Of a stretch of 64,000 bases of DNA, positions 10,003-19,826 are shown one piece after another. Source of the DNA: an uncultured Actinomycetes bacterium (lineage in GTDB: Bacteria; Actinomycetota; Actinomycetes; S36-B12; UBA5976). A model generated the notes under the pieces. It saw nothing but the letters and a program-made list of their open reading frames with translations, was not told the origin of the DNA and did not search any database. The stretch spans positions 66,108 to 130,107 of the forward strand of contig CAITJH010000044.1 in the NCBI GenBank assembly GCA_903892635.1. Reading direction: 5' to 3'. The position numbers and the translations under genes are program-made. Every line of letters starts with the position of its first letter. The first letter of the stretch is position 1.

Positions 10003-11646
10003 ATGACCGAGAAATCTTCAAGTAAGCCAGCTGTTGGTTGGGCGCCCATGTTCATCATTGGACTTGGCGTTGCACTGATCATCATGGATGCCACGATCGT
10101 GAACGTCATCCTGCCAAGCATCATCGCCGATCTCAAGATCAGTTCAATCGATGCTGAATGGGTGAATGCAATTTATTCATTGACATTCGCTGCCTTACTT
10201 ATTGTGATGGGTCGCCTCGGTGACCGATTTGGTCGAGACAAGATCTTTATGTTTGGTGCGGTGATGTTTGGACTCAGCAGCATTCTTGCCGCAAGTTCGA
10301 TGACAGGCACGATGCTCATTACTGCTCGAGCACTTCAAGGCATCGGTGGCGCAATGATGTCGCCAACAAGTTTGTCGATCGTCAATGCGCTCTACCGCGG
10401 AAAGAGCCGCGCAATTGCCTTTGCAATTTATGGCTCGATCATCGGCGGCATGGCGGCAGTTGGCCCACTTGCTGGTGGCTGGCTGACTGAAACTTTTAGT
10501 TGGCACTGGTCATTCTGGATTAACGTTCCATTCGCCATCATCATCGTGTGGGGAACATTGAAATTTGTTCCATCGTCTAAGGCCGAAAACGAAGTTGGCG
10601 CACCTGATTGGAGCGGCGCGGTATTAAGCACTCTTGGAATTGCCGCTTTGGTTTTTGCTCTGATCGAAGGTCGCAACTATGGCTGGTGGCGCGCCACGAG
10701 CGATCGCAATTTCCTTGGCAGGTCATGGACGACAGGTTCGCTGTCTCCTGTGGCATTCGCATTTATTGCTAGCGCAGTAGCACTGATTGCACTTTATTTT
10801 GTTGAATCGAGACGAAGCGTAGCCGGAAAATCGGCAATGATTGATTTCGATTTATTCAAGATCAAAACTTTTGGCTTAGGAAGTTTCGCTGGACTCATTA
10901 TTAGTTTGGGAGAATTCGGAATTCTGTTCTCGCTTCCACTTTTCATGCAAAGTGTTCTCGGTTGGTCAGCTCTTGGTGCCGGTGCGTTGCTGGCGACTTT
11001 GGCAATCGGAGCCTTTGTTGCAGCGCCCACTGCTGGAGTCTTAGCGAACAAGCGCAATCCACGATTTGTTATGCGACTGGGTCTTGCAATGGAAATCATC
11101 GCGATCGTAGGCATTGCTATTTTTGTATCACCAAGTGTTTCGGGATGGGTGCTTGGTGGATGGCTATTTATTTACGGAGTAGGTGTTGGATACTCCACCG
11201 CTCAGCTAACCGGCTTGATCTTGTCGGATGTTCCAGTTGAAAAGAGTGGACAAGCTTCTGGAACTCAAAGCACCGCGCGCCAAATTGGTGCTGCTATGGG
11301 AACAGCGATCTTGGGAACAATTCTCTTCATCAGTTTGCACAATGGAACGTACGACAACCTGACAACTGGCAGTTTGCATCTACCCGACGCTGCAGCGACT
11401 CAAGTAGCAACCATCGTTGAAAAGTCTGCAGGAACAGCCATTCCAAGTTTGGCAACGGCTCCAGGTGGCTCGGTTGAGATTCAGCAGGCTGCGCAAGAAG
11501 CCTTTGCACACTCAATCACTGTCGTGGGCTACGCGGCTGCATTCTTCCTACTACTGGGCTTGCTAGCCTCCCTTGCACTTCCGCCTGGCGATGCGCACTC
11601 TCGCACAGAAACCGAAGAAAGCGAACTCATTCACGACTTCGAATAA
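10003..11646 (+). CDS. MFS transporter, DHA2 (14-TM, EmrB/QacA-like) drug:H+ antiporter type
   Basis: 547 aa and highly hydrophobic. MFS motif A-like GRLGDRFGRDK is present and the size fits 14 transmembrane segments. Confidence 0.8.
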   Translation: MTEKSSSKPAVGWAPMFIIGLGVALIIMDATIVNVILPSIIADLKISSIDAEWVNAIYSLTFAALLIVMGRLGDRFGRDKIFMFGAVMFGLSSILAASSMTGTMLITARALQGIGGAMMSPTSLSIVNALYRGKSRAIAFAIYGSIIGGMAAVGPLAGGWLTETFSWHWSFWINVPFAIIIVWGTLKFVPSSKAENEVGAPDWSGAVLSTLGIAALVFALIEGRNYGWWRATSDRNFLGRSWTTGSLSPVAFAFIASAVALIALYFVESRRSVAGKSAMIDFDLFKIKTFGLGSFAGLIISLGEFGILFSLPLFMQSVLGWSALGAGALLATLAIGAFVAAPTAGVLANKRNPRFVMRLGLAMEIIAIVGIAIFVSPSVSGWVLGGWLFIYGVGVGYSTAQLTGLILSDVPVEKSGQASGTQSTARQIGAAMGTAILGTILFISLHNGTYDNLTTGSLHLPDAAATQVATIVEKSAGTAIPSLATAPGGSVEIQQAAQEAFAHSITVVGYAAAFFLLLGLLASLALPPGDAHSRTETEESELIHDFE

Positions 11647-12885
11647 CTAAAGCGTTGGATTGCGTGCGTCGTAGTCCATAAATCGAGGGTGCCATTTGAT
11701 CAATGCGCCCATCAATGCAACGCACGCAATACCGCCAGAAATCACAGAGAACGCTTCGCCGGCTACCGCGGCAACGGCACCTGCTTCAAAATCGCCAAGA
11801 CGAGGACCGCCTGCGACTACGACAGTAAATACGCCTTGCAATCGGCCACGATATTCATCAGGCACTGCAGCTTGCAACATTGTCGTTCGATATAAAGCAC
11901 TGATGTTGTCGCCAGCTCCGGCTAGCGCCAGAAACAACAGACCTACCCACAGTTGATGCGTAAATCCGAATGCTGCAATTGCACAACCCCATCCGACAAT
12001 AGACCAAGTAATTGCTGCGCCTTGTTTATTAACGCGCGTTAAAGGTCCAGAGAAGATTGCAGAGATCGCTGCTCCAAATGCTGGTGCCGCAGTCAACATG
12101 CCAACACGAGCCGCGGTTGTTCCGATCGAATCGGAATACCACTCATGCGCGATTGCAGGGAAAAGGGCGCGAGGTAATCCAAAAACCATGGCGACAATGT
12201 CTGCATAGAACGTCATTTGGATATTGCGCTTGCCTTTAAGAAAAGCAAAGCCTTCTTTGACGCTTGCTAGACCAGGTCGAGCAGGTGCACCTTCCTGAGG
12301 AGGCAACGATGGTAGCGCCCACATCGCCCACACCATGACTAGATAAGCCAACACATCAACGAAGTATGCAGTCGCAACTTTTCCCGTGATGCCAATCAGG
12401 ATTCCACCCAAAAGTGGACCAGCAGTAAATCCGATATTCCACGACAGCATTGATAATGAATTCGCCGAAGCTAGGCGATCTTTGGGAACAATGCGAGGGA
12501 TGATTGACTGTCGTGCTGGATTGCCCGCTGCAAAAAATGATGATGCCATCGCAACCAACAAATAAAGCAGCAGAACTTCTTGATTACCACGGAGTGCCTG
12601 CGTCAATAACAGACCACTTGTCATTGTCATGCCCATTGCTGCGATCAACCCAATTTTTCGACGGTCATAAGTATCTGACATTGCCCCACCGAACAATCCC
12701 AAACTGACCAACGGAATGAGTTGGCACAGGCCAACGAGTCCAACCGCAAAAGATGAATGCGTGAGGTTATAGACCTGGATGCCAACTGCAACCGAAGTCA
12801 TCTGTTGGCCGATGTTGCTGATTGAAACGGCCGTAAAGAGTCGACGATACGCAGGGATCTCGCGTAGTGGCGAGAGGTCAATCAT
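11647..12885 (-). CDS. MFS transporter (EntS/YbdA-like 12-TM type)
   Basis: Hydrophobic 12-TM-like ORF with motif GAMSDTYDRRK. I prefer the start at MIDLSPLREIPAYRRLF (12885); the ORF track's 12945 is possible. Confidence 0.72.
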   Translation of the reverse strand: MIDLSPLREIPAYRRLFTAVSISNIGQQMTSVAVGIQVYNLTHSSFAVGLVGLCQLIPLVSLGLFGGAMSDTYDRRKIGLIAAMGMTMTSGLLLTQALRGNQEVLLLYLLVAMASSFFAAGNPARQSIIPRIVPKDRLASANSLSMLSWNIGFTAGPLLGGILIGITGKVATAYFVDVLAYLVMVWAMWALPSLPPQEGAPARPGLASVKEGFAFLKGKRNIQMTFYADIVAMVFGLPRALFPAIAHEWYSDSIGTTAARVGMLTAAPAFGAAISAIFSGPLTRVNKQGAAITWSIVGWGCAIAAFGFTHQLWVGLLFLALAGAGDNISALYRTTMLQAAVPDEYRGRLQGVFTVVVAGGPRLGDFEAGAVAAVAGEAFSVISGGIACVALMGALIKWHPRFMDYDARNPTL

Positions 12886-12994
12886 CAACTTGGGCACGGT
12901 ACTGACTTTGCCACAAAGCACTCGAATACGTGTGCTTGACCGCACGAATACTGTTCAAACGCCATTTCATTGCAGTTTGCGCCAGACTTATAGT

Positions 12995-13678
12995 GTGACT
13001 GAACTTCCTGATGTATCTGCAATGCGTATTAGTTATGACCGCGACAAGTTGCACGAGGACGACTTAGCAAGCACGCCTCTTGAGCAATTCAATCGCTGGC
13101 TTCACGATGCTGTCGCAGTTGGAACTGATGCACTGATTGAACCGAATGCGATGGTGCTTTCAACCATTTCGAGTTCGTCCTTAATTTCTTCACGGTCAGT
13201 TCTTCTTAAGGCGATTGATCCTCGGGGACTTACGTTTTACACAAACTACGGCTCACGAAAAGCAGACGAGATCGAGCATCACCCACAAGTGAGCGTCGTC
13301 TTTCCGTGGTACCCACTTCACCGTCAAGTAGTTGTACAAGGAACTGTCACAAAAGTTAGTCGTGAGGAATCATTTGCTTATTTCCAGACACGTCCGCATC
13401 TTTCACAGCTGGGTGCAATTTGCAGCGCGCAATCTACTGAAATTGAATCGCGTGAAGTTATTGAAAATCGCATGGCTGAACTGATCGCAGAGTTTCCAGA
13501 AGGAACTGAAGTTCCAATGCCAGATTTTTGGGGTGGATACTTGATCACGGTAGACACGATGGAATTTTGGCAAGGTCGTCGATCGCGACTGCACGACCGC
13601 CTTCGTTTCATCAACACTGGAGCAAGTCAATTACTTGATGACCCGCAAGCATGGCGAGTTTCGCGCTTTTCACCGTGA
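12995..13678 (+). CDS. pdxH: Pyridoxamine 5'-phosphate oxidase
   Basis: Motifs MRISYDRDKLHEDDL, RSVLLK, FYTNYGSRK and WQGRRSRLHDRLRF. Start is GTG at 12995 or ATG at 13022. The ORF-track start at 12779 would overlap the divergent MFS gene. Confidence 0.85.
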   Translation: MTELPDVSAMRISYDRDKLHEDDLASTPLEQFNRWLHDAVAVGTDALIEPNAMVLSTISSSSLISSRSVLLKAIDPRGLTFYTNYGSRKADEIEHHPQVSVVFPWYPLHRQVVVQGTVTKVSREESFAYFQTRPHLSQLGAICSAQSTEIESREVIENRMAELIAEFPEGTEVPMPDFWGGYLITVDTMEFWQGRRSRLHDRLRFINTGASQLLDDPQAWRVSRFSP

Positions 13679-13758
13679 TCCTGCAAAGTGTTTGCAAGTA
13701 TCCGAGTGCAATTCGGACGAAAAATCACTCGTGAATTATTAGCACTAAAATCGGTAAT

Positions 13759-14892
13759 GTGACTGAGACACCTGACATCAAAATTCCTCACGACCTACTT
13801 CCGAGTGATGGGAGATTTGGTGCCGGTCCATCCAAGATTCGTTCGGAACAATTTGCTGCACTGGCTGCCGTATCGGGAACTCTCCTTGGCACTTCACATC
13901 GCCAAAAACCCGTTAAGGCACAATTCGCTCGAATCAAAAATGGTTTGAGTGAGCTTTTCAATCTTCCCGAGGGCTACGAAGTGGTTATGGGAAATGGTGG
14001 AAGTACTGCATTCTGGGACATCGCTACATTTGGACTAATCCGCGACAAGGCTCAGTTTCTGACGTTCGGTGAATTCGGTTCAAAATTTGCAAGCAGTGCC
14101 AAAGCAGCTCCCTTCCTTTCAGACCCGATCATCATTAAGAGCGAGCCAGGTGATGCGCCAGCATTCGAGTCGCAGGCGGGAGTTGATGCTTACTGCACGC
14201 CGCATAACGAAACTTCTACAGGCGTGGCAGTCCGGCCTTATCGACCTGTCGGAATTGATGACGATGCCCTATTGATTATTGACGCCACGTCAGGTGCTGG
14301 CGGTCTTGATGTCGATCTATCGATTGTCGACGTGTACTACTTTTCGCCACAAAAATGCTTCGCCTCTGATGGTGGCTTATTTGTTGCAATTATGTCGCCG
14401 AAGGCAATTGCTCGCGCTGAGGAAATTAAGGCGAGCGGTCGCTACATTCCACCATTCCTCGACCTCGTTACTGCGATCGAAAATAGTCGACTAGATCAAA
14501 CTAATAACACGCCAGCAGTTGCTACCGCGTTTCTTATGGCTGAACAGATCGACTGGTTCAACAGCAATGGTGGCCTTGCGTGGACGACTGCGCGAACAGC
14601 TGAATCATCGTCATTGATTTACAACTGGGCACACAGTCACGCATTTGCGACTCCGTTCGTTAAGGATGCTGCCAAGCAATCCAACGTTGTTGTCACAATT
14701 GACTTCGATGACACCATTGATGCCACCCTAATTGCCAAGGTTTTACGAGCAAACGGAGTCGTCGACATCGAGCCTTACCGAAAGTTGGGTCGCAACCAAC
14801 TTCGAATTTCGGTATTTCCTGCAGTTGAACCAAGCGATGTTGCTTCACTACTTAAGTGCATTGACTACGTCATTGTACAAATCACTGAATAG
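13759..14892 (+). CDS. serC: Phosphoserine aminotransferase (actinobacterial type)
   Basis: 377 aa. N-terminal motif DGRFGAGPSKIR and PLP-lysine region YYFSPQKCF. Confidence 0.85.
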   Translation: MTETPDIKIPHDLLPSDGRFGAGPSKIRSEQFAALAAVSGTLLGTSHRQKPVKAQFARIKNGLSELFNLPEGYEVVMGNGGSTAFWDIATFGLIRDKAQFLTFGEFGSKFASSAKAAPFLSDPIIIKSEPGDAPAFESQAGVDAYCTPHNETSTGVAVRPYRPVGIDDDALLIIDATSGAGGLDVDLSIVDVYYFSPQKCFASDGGLFVAIMSPKAIARAEEIKASGRYIPPFLDLVTAIENSRLDQTNNTPAVATAFLMAEQIDWFNSNGGLAWTTARTAESSSLIYNWAHSHAFATPFVKDAAKQSNVVVTIDFDDTIDATLIAKVLRANGVVDIEPYRKLGRNQLRISVFPAVEPSDVASLLKCIDYVIVQITE

Positions 14893-14901
14893 CATTGCTG
14901 C

Positions 14902-16092
14902 ATGACGCAAAGTTCTCTCAACCTCACACCCCAGAGAGACTTTGCGACGAAAGTTTCCTACGCCCAACTCGCCGCGTTCGGTTGGTTCATTTTTGGCATG
15001 GGACCATCCATGCAATTTCTTCGAGCAGATCTTGGGCTCACACGTACCGTTTTGTCGTTACATAACATTGCAGGTTCAACTGGATCAATTGCCGCTGGAC
15101 TGGTCACTGCCTCACTCATTCGACGAATTGGACGCGGGCACCTGTCACGGGTTGCTTCAATCTCTCTCGTTATTGGCATTGCGCTCTACCTCGGGCCAAC
15201 GATTATCTTCACACTTCCCGGTGCCTTTTTGTGCGGCTTCGCAGGCGTAACAATCCTGCAATGCACATCGTCTTTTCTCAATAGTCATCAGGGACTCGCT
15301 GCACCCGCTTCAATTAGTGAAGTCAATGCGCTAGCTGCCGGAATCGGATTGATCTCTCCCATCATCATTGGATCCTTCGTCAAGGCGGGCATCGGCTGGC
15401 GTGCCGGTATCGCTGTTGCCGCACTCATACTTGTATTCGTTGAAATTATTCGTGGCCGAGATGTCAGCCCATGGGGTGCTCCGCGTAACAACGAAGAACA
15501 TGACGACAGTCACGATGCCCCAGGCGCAATGCCTGGCTCATTTTGGTGGGCATGCCTGGCTCTAGCGCTAACAACTGCTTGTGAAGCATCAATTTTGACG
15601 TGGGGGCCCGAATTACTTCACCATCAAGCTCGCTTTACTCCGGCCACAGCAACCCAATCGCTCGGACTCGTCGTAGGTGCGATGGGCTTAGGTCGCTGGT
15701 ACGCCTCTCAACTTGTGAAGCGATTCGATGTTGAACACATGTATCAATTTTCGCTGGCTGGTACTGCAGTTGCATTCGCAATTGTGTGGGCTTCCCACAT
15801 TCAGATTCTGACTCTTATTTTTCTTTTTGTTTTGGGCTCAATGATGTCCGTACATTTTCCTCTTGGAATTACTCGGCTTATGCGCGCAAGTCAAGGACGT
15901 CCTGATAAGGGAACCGCCAACTCATCCATTACTTCGGGAATTGGTGCAGGCTTCGCGCCATTTCTTGTTGCCTGGCTGGCCGATGGAACAAGCATTGTTA
16001 TTGCATTTGTTTTGGTTCCGATAACTGTGATCACAGCGCTCGTTTTTGCAATGCGAAATCGAGTTCCGCTAGTAAGCGAACAATCTATTTAA
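14902..16092 (+). CDS. MFS transporter, unknown substrate
   Basis: 396-aa ORF with about 12 predicted hydrophobic segments. Confidence 0.7.
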   Translation: MTQSSLNLTPQRDFATKVSYAQLAAFGWFIFGMGPSMQFLRADLGLTRTVLSLHNIAGSTGSIAAGLVTASLIRRIGRGHLSRVASISLVIGIALYLGPTIIFTLPGAFLCGFAGVTILQCTSSFLNSHQGLAAPASISEVNALAAGIGLISPIIIGSFVKAGIGWRAGIAVAALILVFVEIIRGRDVSPWGAPRNNEEHDDSHDAPGAMPGSFWWACLALALTTACEASILTWGPELLHHQARFTPATATQSLGLVVGAMGLGRWYASQLVKRFDVEHMYQFSLAGTAVAFAIVWASHIQILTLIFLFVLGSMMSVHFPLGITRLMRASQGRPDKGTANSSITSGIGAGFAPFLVAWLADGTSIVIAFVLVPITVITALVFAMRNRVPLVSEQSI

Positions 16093-16194
16093 GTTTGAAC
16101 AGTGATGATGCGATCACTGCCAAGAACATTCCAACAAGCACGACAATAGTGACAACACGGCGAAGCTTTGGACTCATGCTTTCTACCTTAAGGC

Positions 16195-16226
16195 AAAAGG
16201 GGCACATCCGAAGATGCGCCCCTTTT
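16195..16226. terminator. Bidirectional intrinsic terminator between convergent genes
   Basis: AAAAGGGGCACATC-CGAA-GATGCGCCCCTTTT: a 10-bp GC-rich stem with one mismatch, an A-run on one side and a T-run on the other. Confidence 0.65.
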
Positions 16227-16235
16227 GATAGATAG

Positions 16236-17708
16236 CTATCCGATACCAAGAACTTCCTTCAGCGGATGCACTGCGAAGTACAACGCGAAGGCTGCGGCGA
16301 TAACCCACAACATAACTGGAACATCCTTGGTCTTACGAGCCGCAATCTTGATGACAACGTAAGACACGACGCCTGCACCAATACCGTTGGTAATTGAGTA
16401 CGTGAATGGCATCAAAATGATCGTCAAGAACGCAGGGATTGCAATTTCGTAATCTTCGAAATCAATCTTGCGGATCTGCGACATCATCAAGAAGCCCACG
16501 ATGACAAGTGCAGGAGCAGCTGCTTCGTAAGGGATGATCTTTGTCAGCGGAGCAATAAACATTGCCAAGAGGAACAATCCGCCAGTAACCAAGCTTGCGA
16601 TACCGGTACGAGCACCATCTGCAATGCCTGATGCAGATTCGATGTAGGCAGTATTTGATGATGTTCCACCAAGGCCACCTGCAATTGCTGCAACTGAGTC
16701 CACAGTCAAGATCGCGTCCAGGTGATCTACTTCGCCATCGGCGTTCATCAGATTTGCTTCTTCAGCAAGACCTGTAACTGTTCCGATGGTGTCGAAGAAG
16801 TCGCTGAGCAACAACGAGAACACTGCAAGACCAGCAGCAAGACTTCCGATAGCCGTGAAGGCTCCGAAAAGATCAAGCTTGAACAGCGGCGATGGATTGA
16901 CGAATCCGACGAACTTGTGAGGAATTGATGGCACATTGAGTCCCCAACCTGTGGGGTTGGTCATCTTGCCAGTTTCGTCATTCATTGATCCAACATGCTG
17001 GGTTGATTCGAGGAAAATTGCCAAGACTGTTGTAACGAGAAGTCCGATCAGAATTCCGCCACGTACTCGTAGTGCCGTTAGTACGACAAGTAGTAACAGT
17101 CCAAACACGAATGTGAATGTTGGCCAACCAGCCAGTGAACCATTGACAGCAAAAGTAATCAGTGGGACGCCGCCACGAACGATGCCCGCATCGACCAAAC
17201 CAATGAGTGCGATGAACAAACCAATACCGGCGCCGATTGAGTACTTCAATGCATCAGGTACTGCATGGAATACCGCAGTGCGGAAACCAGTGAGCACCAA
17301 GATCAAGACGATGATGCCTTCGACGACTACGAGGCCGAATGCTTGTGCCCATGTCATTTGTGGTGCAAGACCAAATGCCAAGAAGCCATTAAGACCCAAA
17401 CCAGCTGCGATGGCAATTGGGAAACGTCCGTAAAGCCCCATGAAGATGGTCATCAAGCCAGCGATTAACGCAGTTGCAGCTGCAACGAGCGAAATTGAAA
17501 CGCCGATGTCTGAGCCGCCGCCTGGGAAATTGCCGTTGATGTCTTTGGCTGTGCCAATGATCAAAGGGTTCAGGACAACGATGTAAGCCATCGTGACGAA
17601 GGTGACAATGCCACCACGGATTTCGGTTCCAAGAGTGGATCCGCGTTCAGTTAGGTGGAACCAGCGGTCCCACGAAGGCACATTATGTGCAGTATCAGTA
17701 GAAGCCAT
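16236..17708 (-). CDS. NCS2/AzgA-family purine (adenine/guanine/hypoxanthine) permease
   Basis: 490 aa. N-terminal motif FHLTERGSTLGTEIRGGIVTFVTMAYI is typical of PbuG/AzgA-type permeases. Confidence 0.85.
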   Translation of the reverse strand: MASTDTAHNVPSWDRWFHLTERGSTLGTEIRGGIVTFVTMAYIVVLNPLIIGTAKDINGNFPGGGSDIGVSISLVAAATALIAGLMTIFMGLYGRFPIAIAAGLGLNGFLAFGLAPQMTWAQAFGLVVVEGIIVLILVLTGFRTAVFHAVPDALKYSIGAGIGLFIALIGLVDAGIVRGGVPLITFAVNGSLAGWPTFTFVFGLLLLVVLTALRVRGGILIGLLVTTVLAIFLESTQHVGSMNDETGKMTNPTGWGLNVPSIPHKFVGFVNPSPLFKLDLFGAFTAIGSLAAGLAVFSLLLSDFFDTIGTVTGLAEEANLMNADGEVDHLDAILTVDSVAAIAGGLGGTSSNTAYIESASGIADGARTGIASLVTGGLFLLAMFIAPLTKIIPYEAAAPALVIVGFLMMSQIRKIDFEDYEIAIPAFLTIILMPFTYSITNGIGAGVVSYVVIKIAARKTKDVPVMLWVIAAAFALYFAVHPLKEVLGIG

Positions 17709-17731
17709 AACGAGAGACTAATGTCGTACTT

Positions 17732-18007
17732 GTGAGTAATTCAGCAGACTTTCCGAAGAAGCATCCAGAATCTTCAGATTCTTCTGAGTTGGCACCACTT
17801 TCCGTCACTGGAATCACAGCAGTAACAGTTGGAACAATCATTTGGACTATCGCATTTGTGCTCGCACTCGTCACCCACAACTGGCTCGCTGAACATGGTC
17901 GCTCGGACTGGATATGGATCGCCGCTGCGGGAACTGGACTTGGACTACTGGGAATGCGATACACACGACGCCGCGCTATTCGAATCGGTGAAGTAACTCA
18001 TGAGTGA
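17732..18007 (+). CDS. Small two-TM membrane protein (DUF2530-like)
   Basis: 91 aa with a GTG start, two hydrophobic helices and a basic C-terminus. The family call is from memory only. Confidence 0.5.
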   Translation: MSNSADFPKKHPESSDSSELAPLSVTGITAVTVGTIIWTIAFVLALVTHNWLAEHGRSDWIWIAAAGTGLGLLGMRYTRRRAIRIGEVTHE

Positions 18008-19826
18008 CATCGCGGACTCAGTTCACGTTTCGGTAACCGCGGATGGCCTGCTCGCCTCAATCGCAGCGTCAACTCTCACTCTTCATCACAAACAAACGCG
18101 CACAGCTATAACAGTGCCTAATCCTGCAACTCCTTCGGACCTTAAAGAACTTCGTCGTGGTCTATGGGAAGTCACAGTCGATGGTCAGGCAGCACGTGCC
18201 ACGAAGACTTCCGGTGTTCTTGCAACGACGCATGCAGGACATTCGTTGGCGGCTCGTGCAACGTCGGAAGGCTTGATTGATGTCACTCCACTGATCACAG
18301 TCGGCATCACTGCGCGTTCTGCAAGGAACGGCGACCTCACACTGCACTTACGACTCACATCGCCGTTGAAGTCCTTACCCGAAGTCAGCCCAATAGTTAC
18401 GACCGCACAGTTGGATGCTCTACCTTCGCAATGGGACGTTTCTCAGTGGGAACTAGATGGCAAGTCTGTTCGTGCCGTTGTCACTTTGCCCGTTGAGCCT
18501 GCGCACAACTTTGTTGAGTCAATTCTCCATCGAGATTTCGATCTTGGATTAACCATTAATGGTGAACGCTACCTTGTGCCAGGACGAATATCGGGAACAA
18601 AATATCGTCCAGCGACAAATGCGTTGAGTTGGCATTGGCGCTCAAAAAAACTACCGACAAAAGTACGTCGTTTGGCTTACAAAATTTTTAGAACTGTCTT
18701 ACCAATAAATAAAAACAAATATTTTTTTCAAAGCTACTTAGCACGCTCTATCTCTGATAGTCCTCGAGCAATCTTCGAATACCTTGCTACCAATGAACCG
18801 CAAGCGAATTTAGTATGGAGCCTCGATGACATCAACGTCACGATGTCTTCGCAGGGCCGTGCAGTGCGCGCCGGTTCCTTAGCGCATTACTTTCACATCG
18901 CCACAGCAAGGTACGTCATCAGTAACACTGGTTTAGCTGACGGCTTCAATAAGAGAACGCGACAAATTCACCTACAAACGTGGCACGGCAGCACAGTAAA
19001 GCGCGTCGGGCGCGATAAAGGTATCGCTGACTCCGATCGAAAAGTACGTGGTGCTGCGGCTGATCCAAAGAAGCTCACTGGATTCGCACGGCGCGTGAGT
19101 ATGTGGGATTTCTTAATCGCCGCAAACTCACTCAGTGCTCAGGCATTCATGACCGCTTGGCGTTTTGGTGGAGAAATGCTTCGAACTGGCTACCCAAGAA
19201 ACGATGCACTTTTTGATCAACAATCGATTGCGAAATCGCGCGCACGAATTCGTCAGCAACTTGGCATCCCTGACGATCACACTGTTGCCTTATGGGCACC
19301 GACATGGCCCGATGATGCACCTCGAGTTGCAGGGCGAGTAGTTTTTCAACTTCCGATTTCTCTGACAGAAGTGACCCAGCAACCCAAACTCACTATTTTG
19401 GCAAAATTGCATTATTTGGTAGCCAATCAACTTGATGACAGCGGACTTGGTGCCTCATTCATTAATGTCTCGGATTGGGACGACGTTAACGACTTGTTCC
19501 CAGCAAGCGACCTTTTGGTCTCTGACTATTCCGGCGTGATTCCCGATTACAGCAACACAGGCAAACCAATCGTGATCTACGCACCAAACTACGATGCCTA
19601 TACTCAGACTCGCGGCCTCTACATTGATCTCAAGACTGATGGCCCTGGTCCCGTCGTTGAAACAGAAGCACAGTTGTATGAAACTTTGCTAGATCGATCA
19701 TGGGTTGATGACTACGCGGAAAAGTATCGCGCGTTTGCTGCAATCTACGGCGAATACGAAACAGGCCACGCAACACAAACCGTCCTAGAACGAATTCGAA
19801 ACGGCGAACCGCCGAAATCCTCCTAG
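18000..19826 (+). CDS. CDP-glycerol glycerophosphotransferase (TagB/TagF family) with ~215-aa N-terminal extra domain
   Basis: C-terminal two thirds fit TagF (FFQSYLARSISDSPRAIFEYL, TWHGSTVKRVGRD, SDYSGVIPDY). The start overlaps the preceding stop (ATGAGTGA). Confidence 0.75.
   Translation: MSDIADSVHVSVTADGLLASIAASTLTLHHKQTRTAITVPNPATPSDLKELRRGLWEVTVDGQAARATKTSGVLATTHAGHSLAARATSEGLIDVTPLITVGITARSARNGDLTLHLRLTSPLKSLPEVSPIVTTAQLDALPSQWDVSQWELDGKSVRAVVTLPVEPAHNFVESILHRDFDLGLTINGERYLVPGRISGTKYRPATNALSWHWRSKKLPTKVRRLAYKIFRTVLPINKNKYFFQSYLARSISDSPRAIFEYLATNEPQANLVWSLDDINVTMSSQGRAVRAGSLAHYFHIATARYVISNTGLADGFNKRTRQIHLQTWHGSTVKRVGRDKGIADSDRKVRGAAADPKKLTGFARRVSMWDFLIAANSLSAQAFMTAWRFGGEMLRTGYPRNDALFDQQSIAKSRARIRQQLGIPDDHTVALWAPTWPDDAPRVAGRVVFQLPISLTEVTQQPKLTILAKLHYLVANQLDDSGLGASFINVSDWDDVNDLFPASDLLVSDYSGVIPDYSNTGKPIVIYAPNYDAYTQTRGLYIDLKTDGPGPVVETEAQLYETLLDRSWVDDYAEKYRAFAAIYGEYETGHATQTVLERIRNGEPPKSS

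Noticed and set aside
12779-12994. Long N-terminal extension of pdxH
   Set aside because: It would overlap the 5' end of the divergent MFS gene by more than 100 nt. PdxH homology begins near MRISYDRD.
16936-17433. 165-aa plus-strand ORF
   Set aside because: It is antisense to the NCS2 permease gene. Its Pro/Ser/Thr/Arg-rich composition is typical of the reverse frame of a membrane protein gene.
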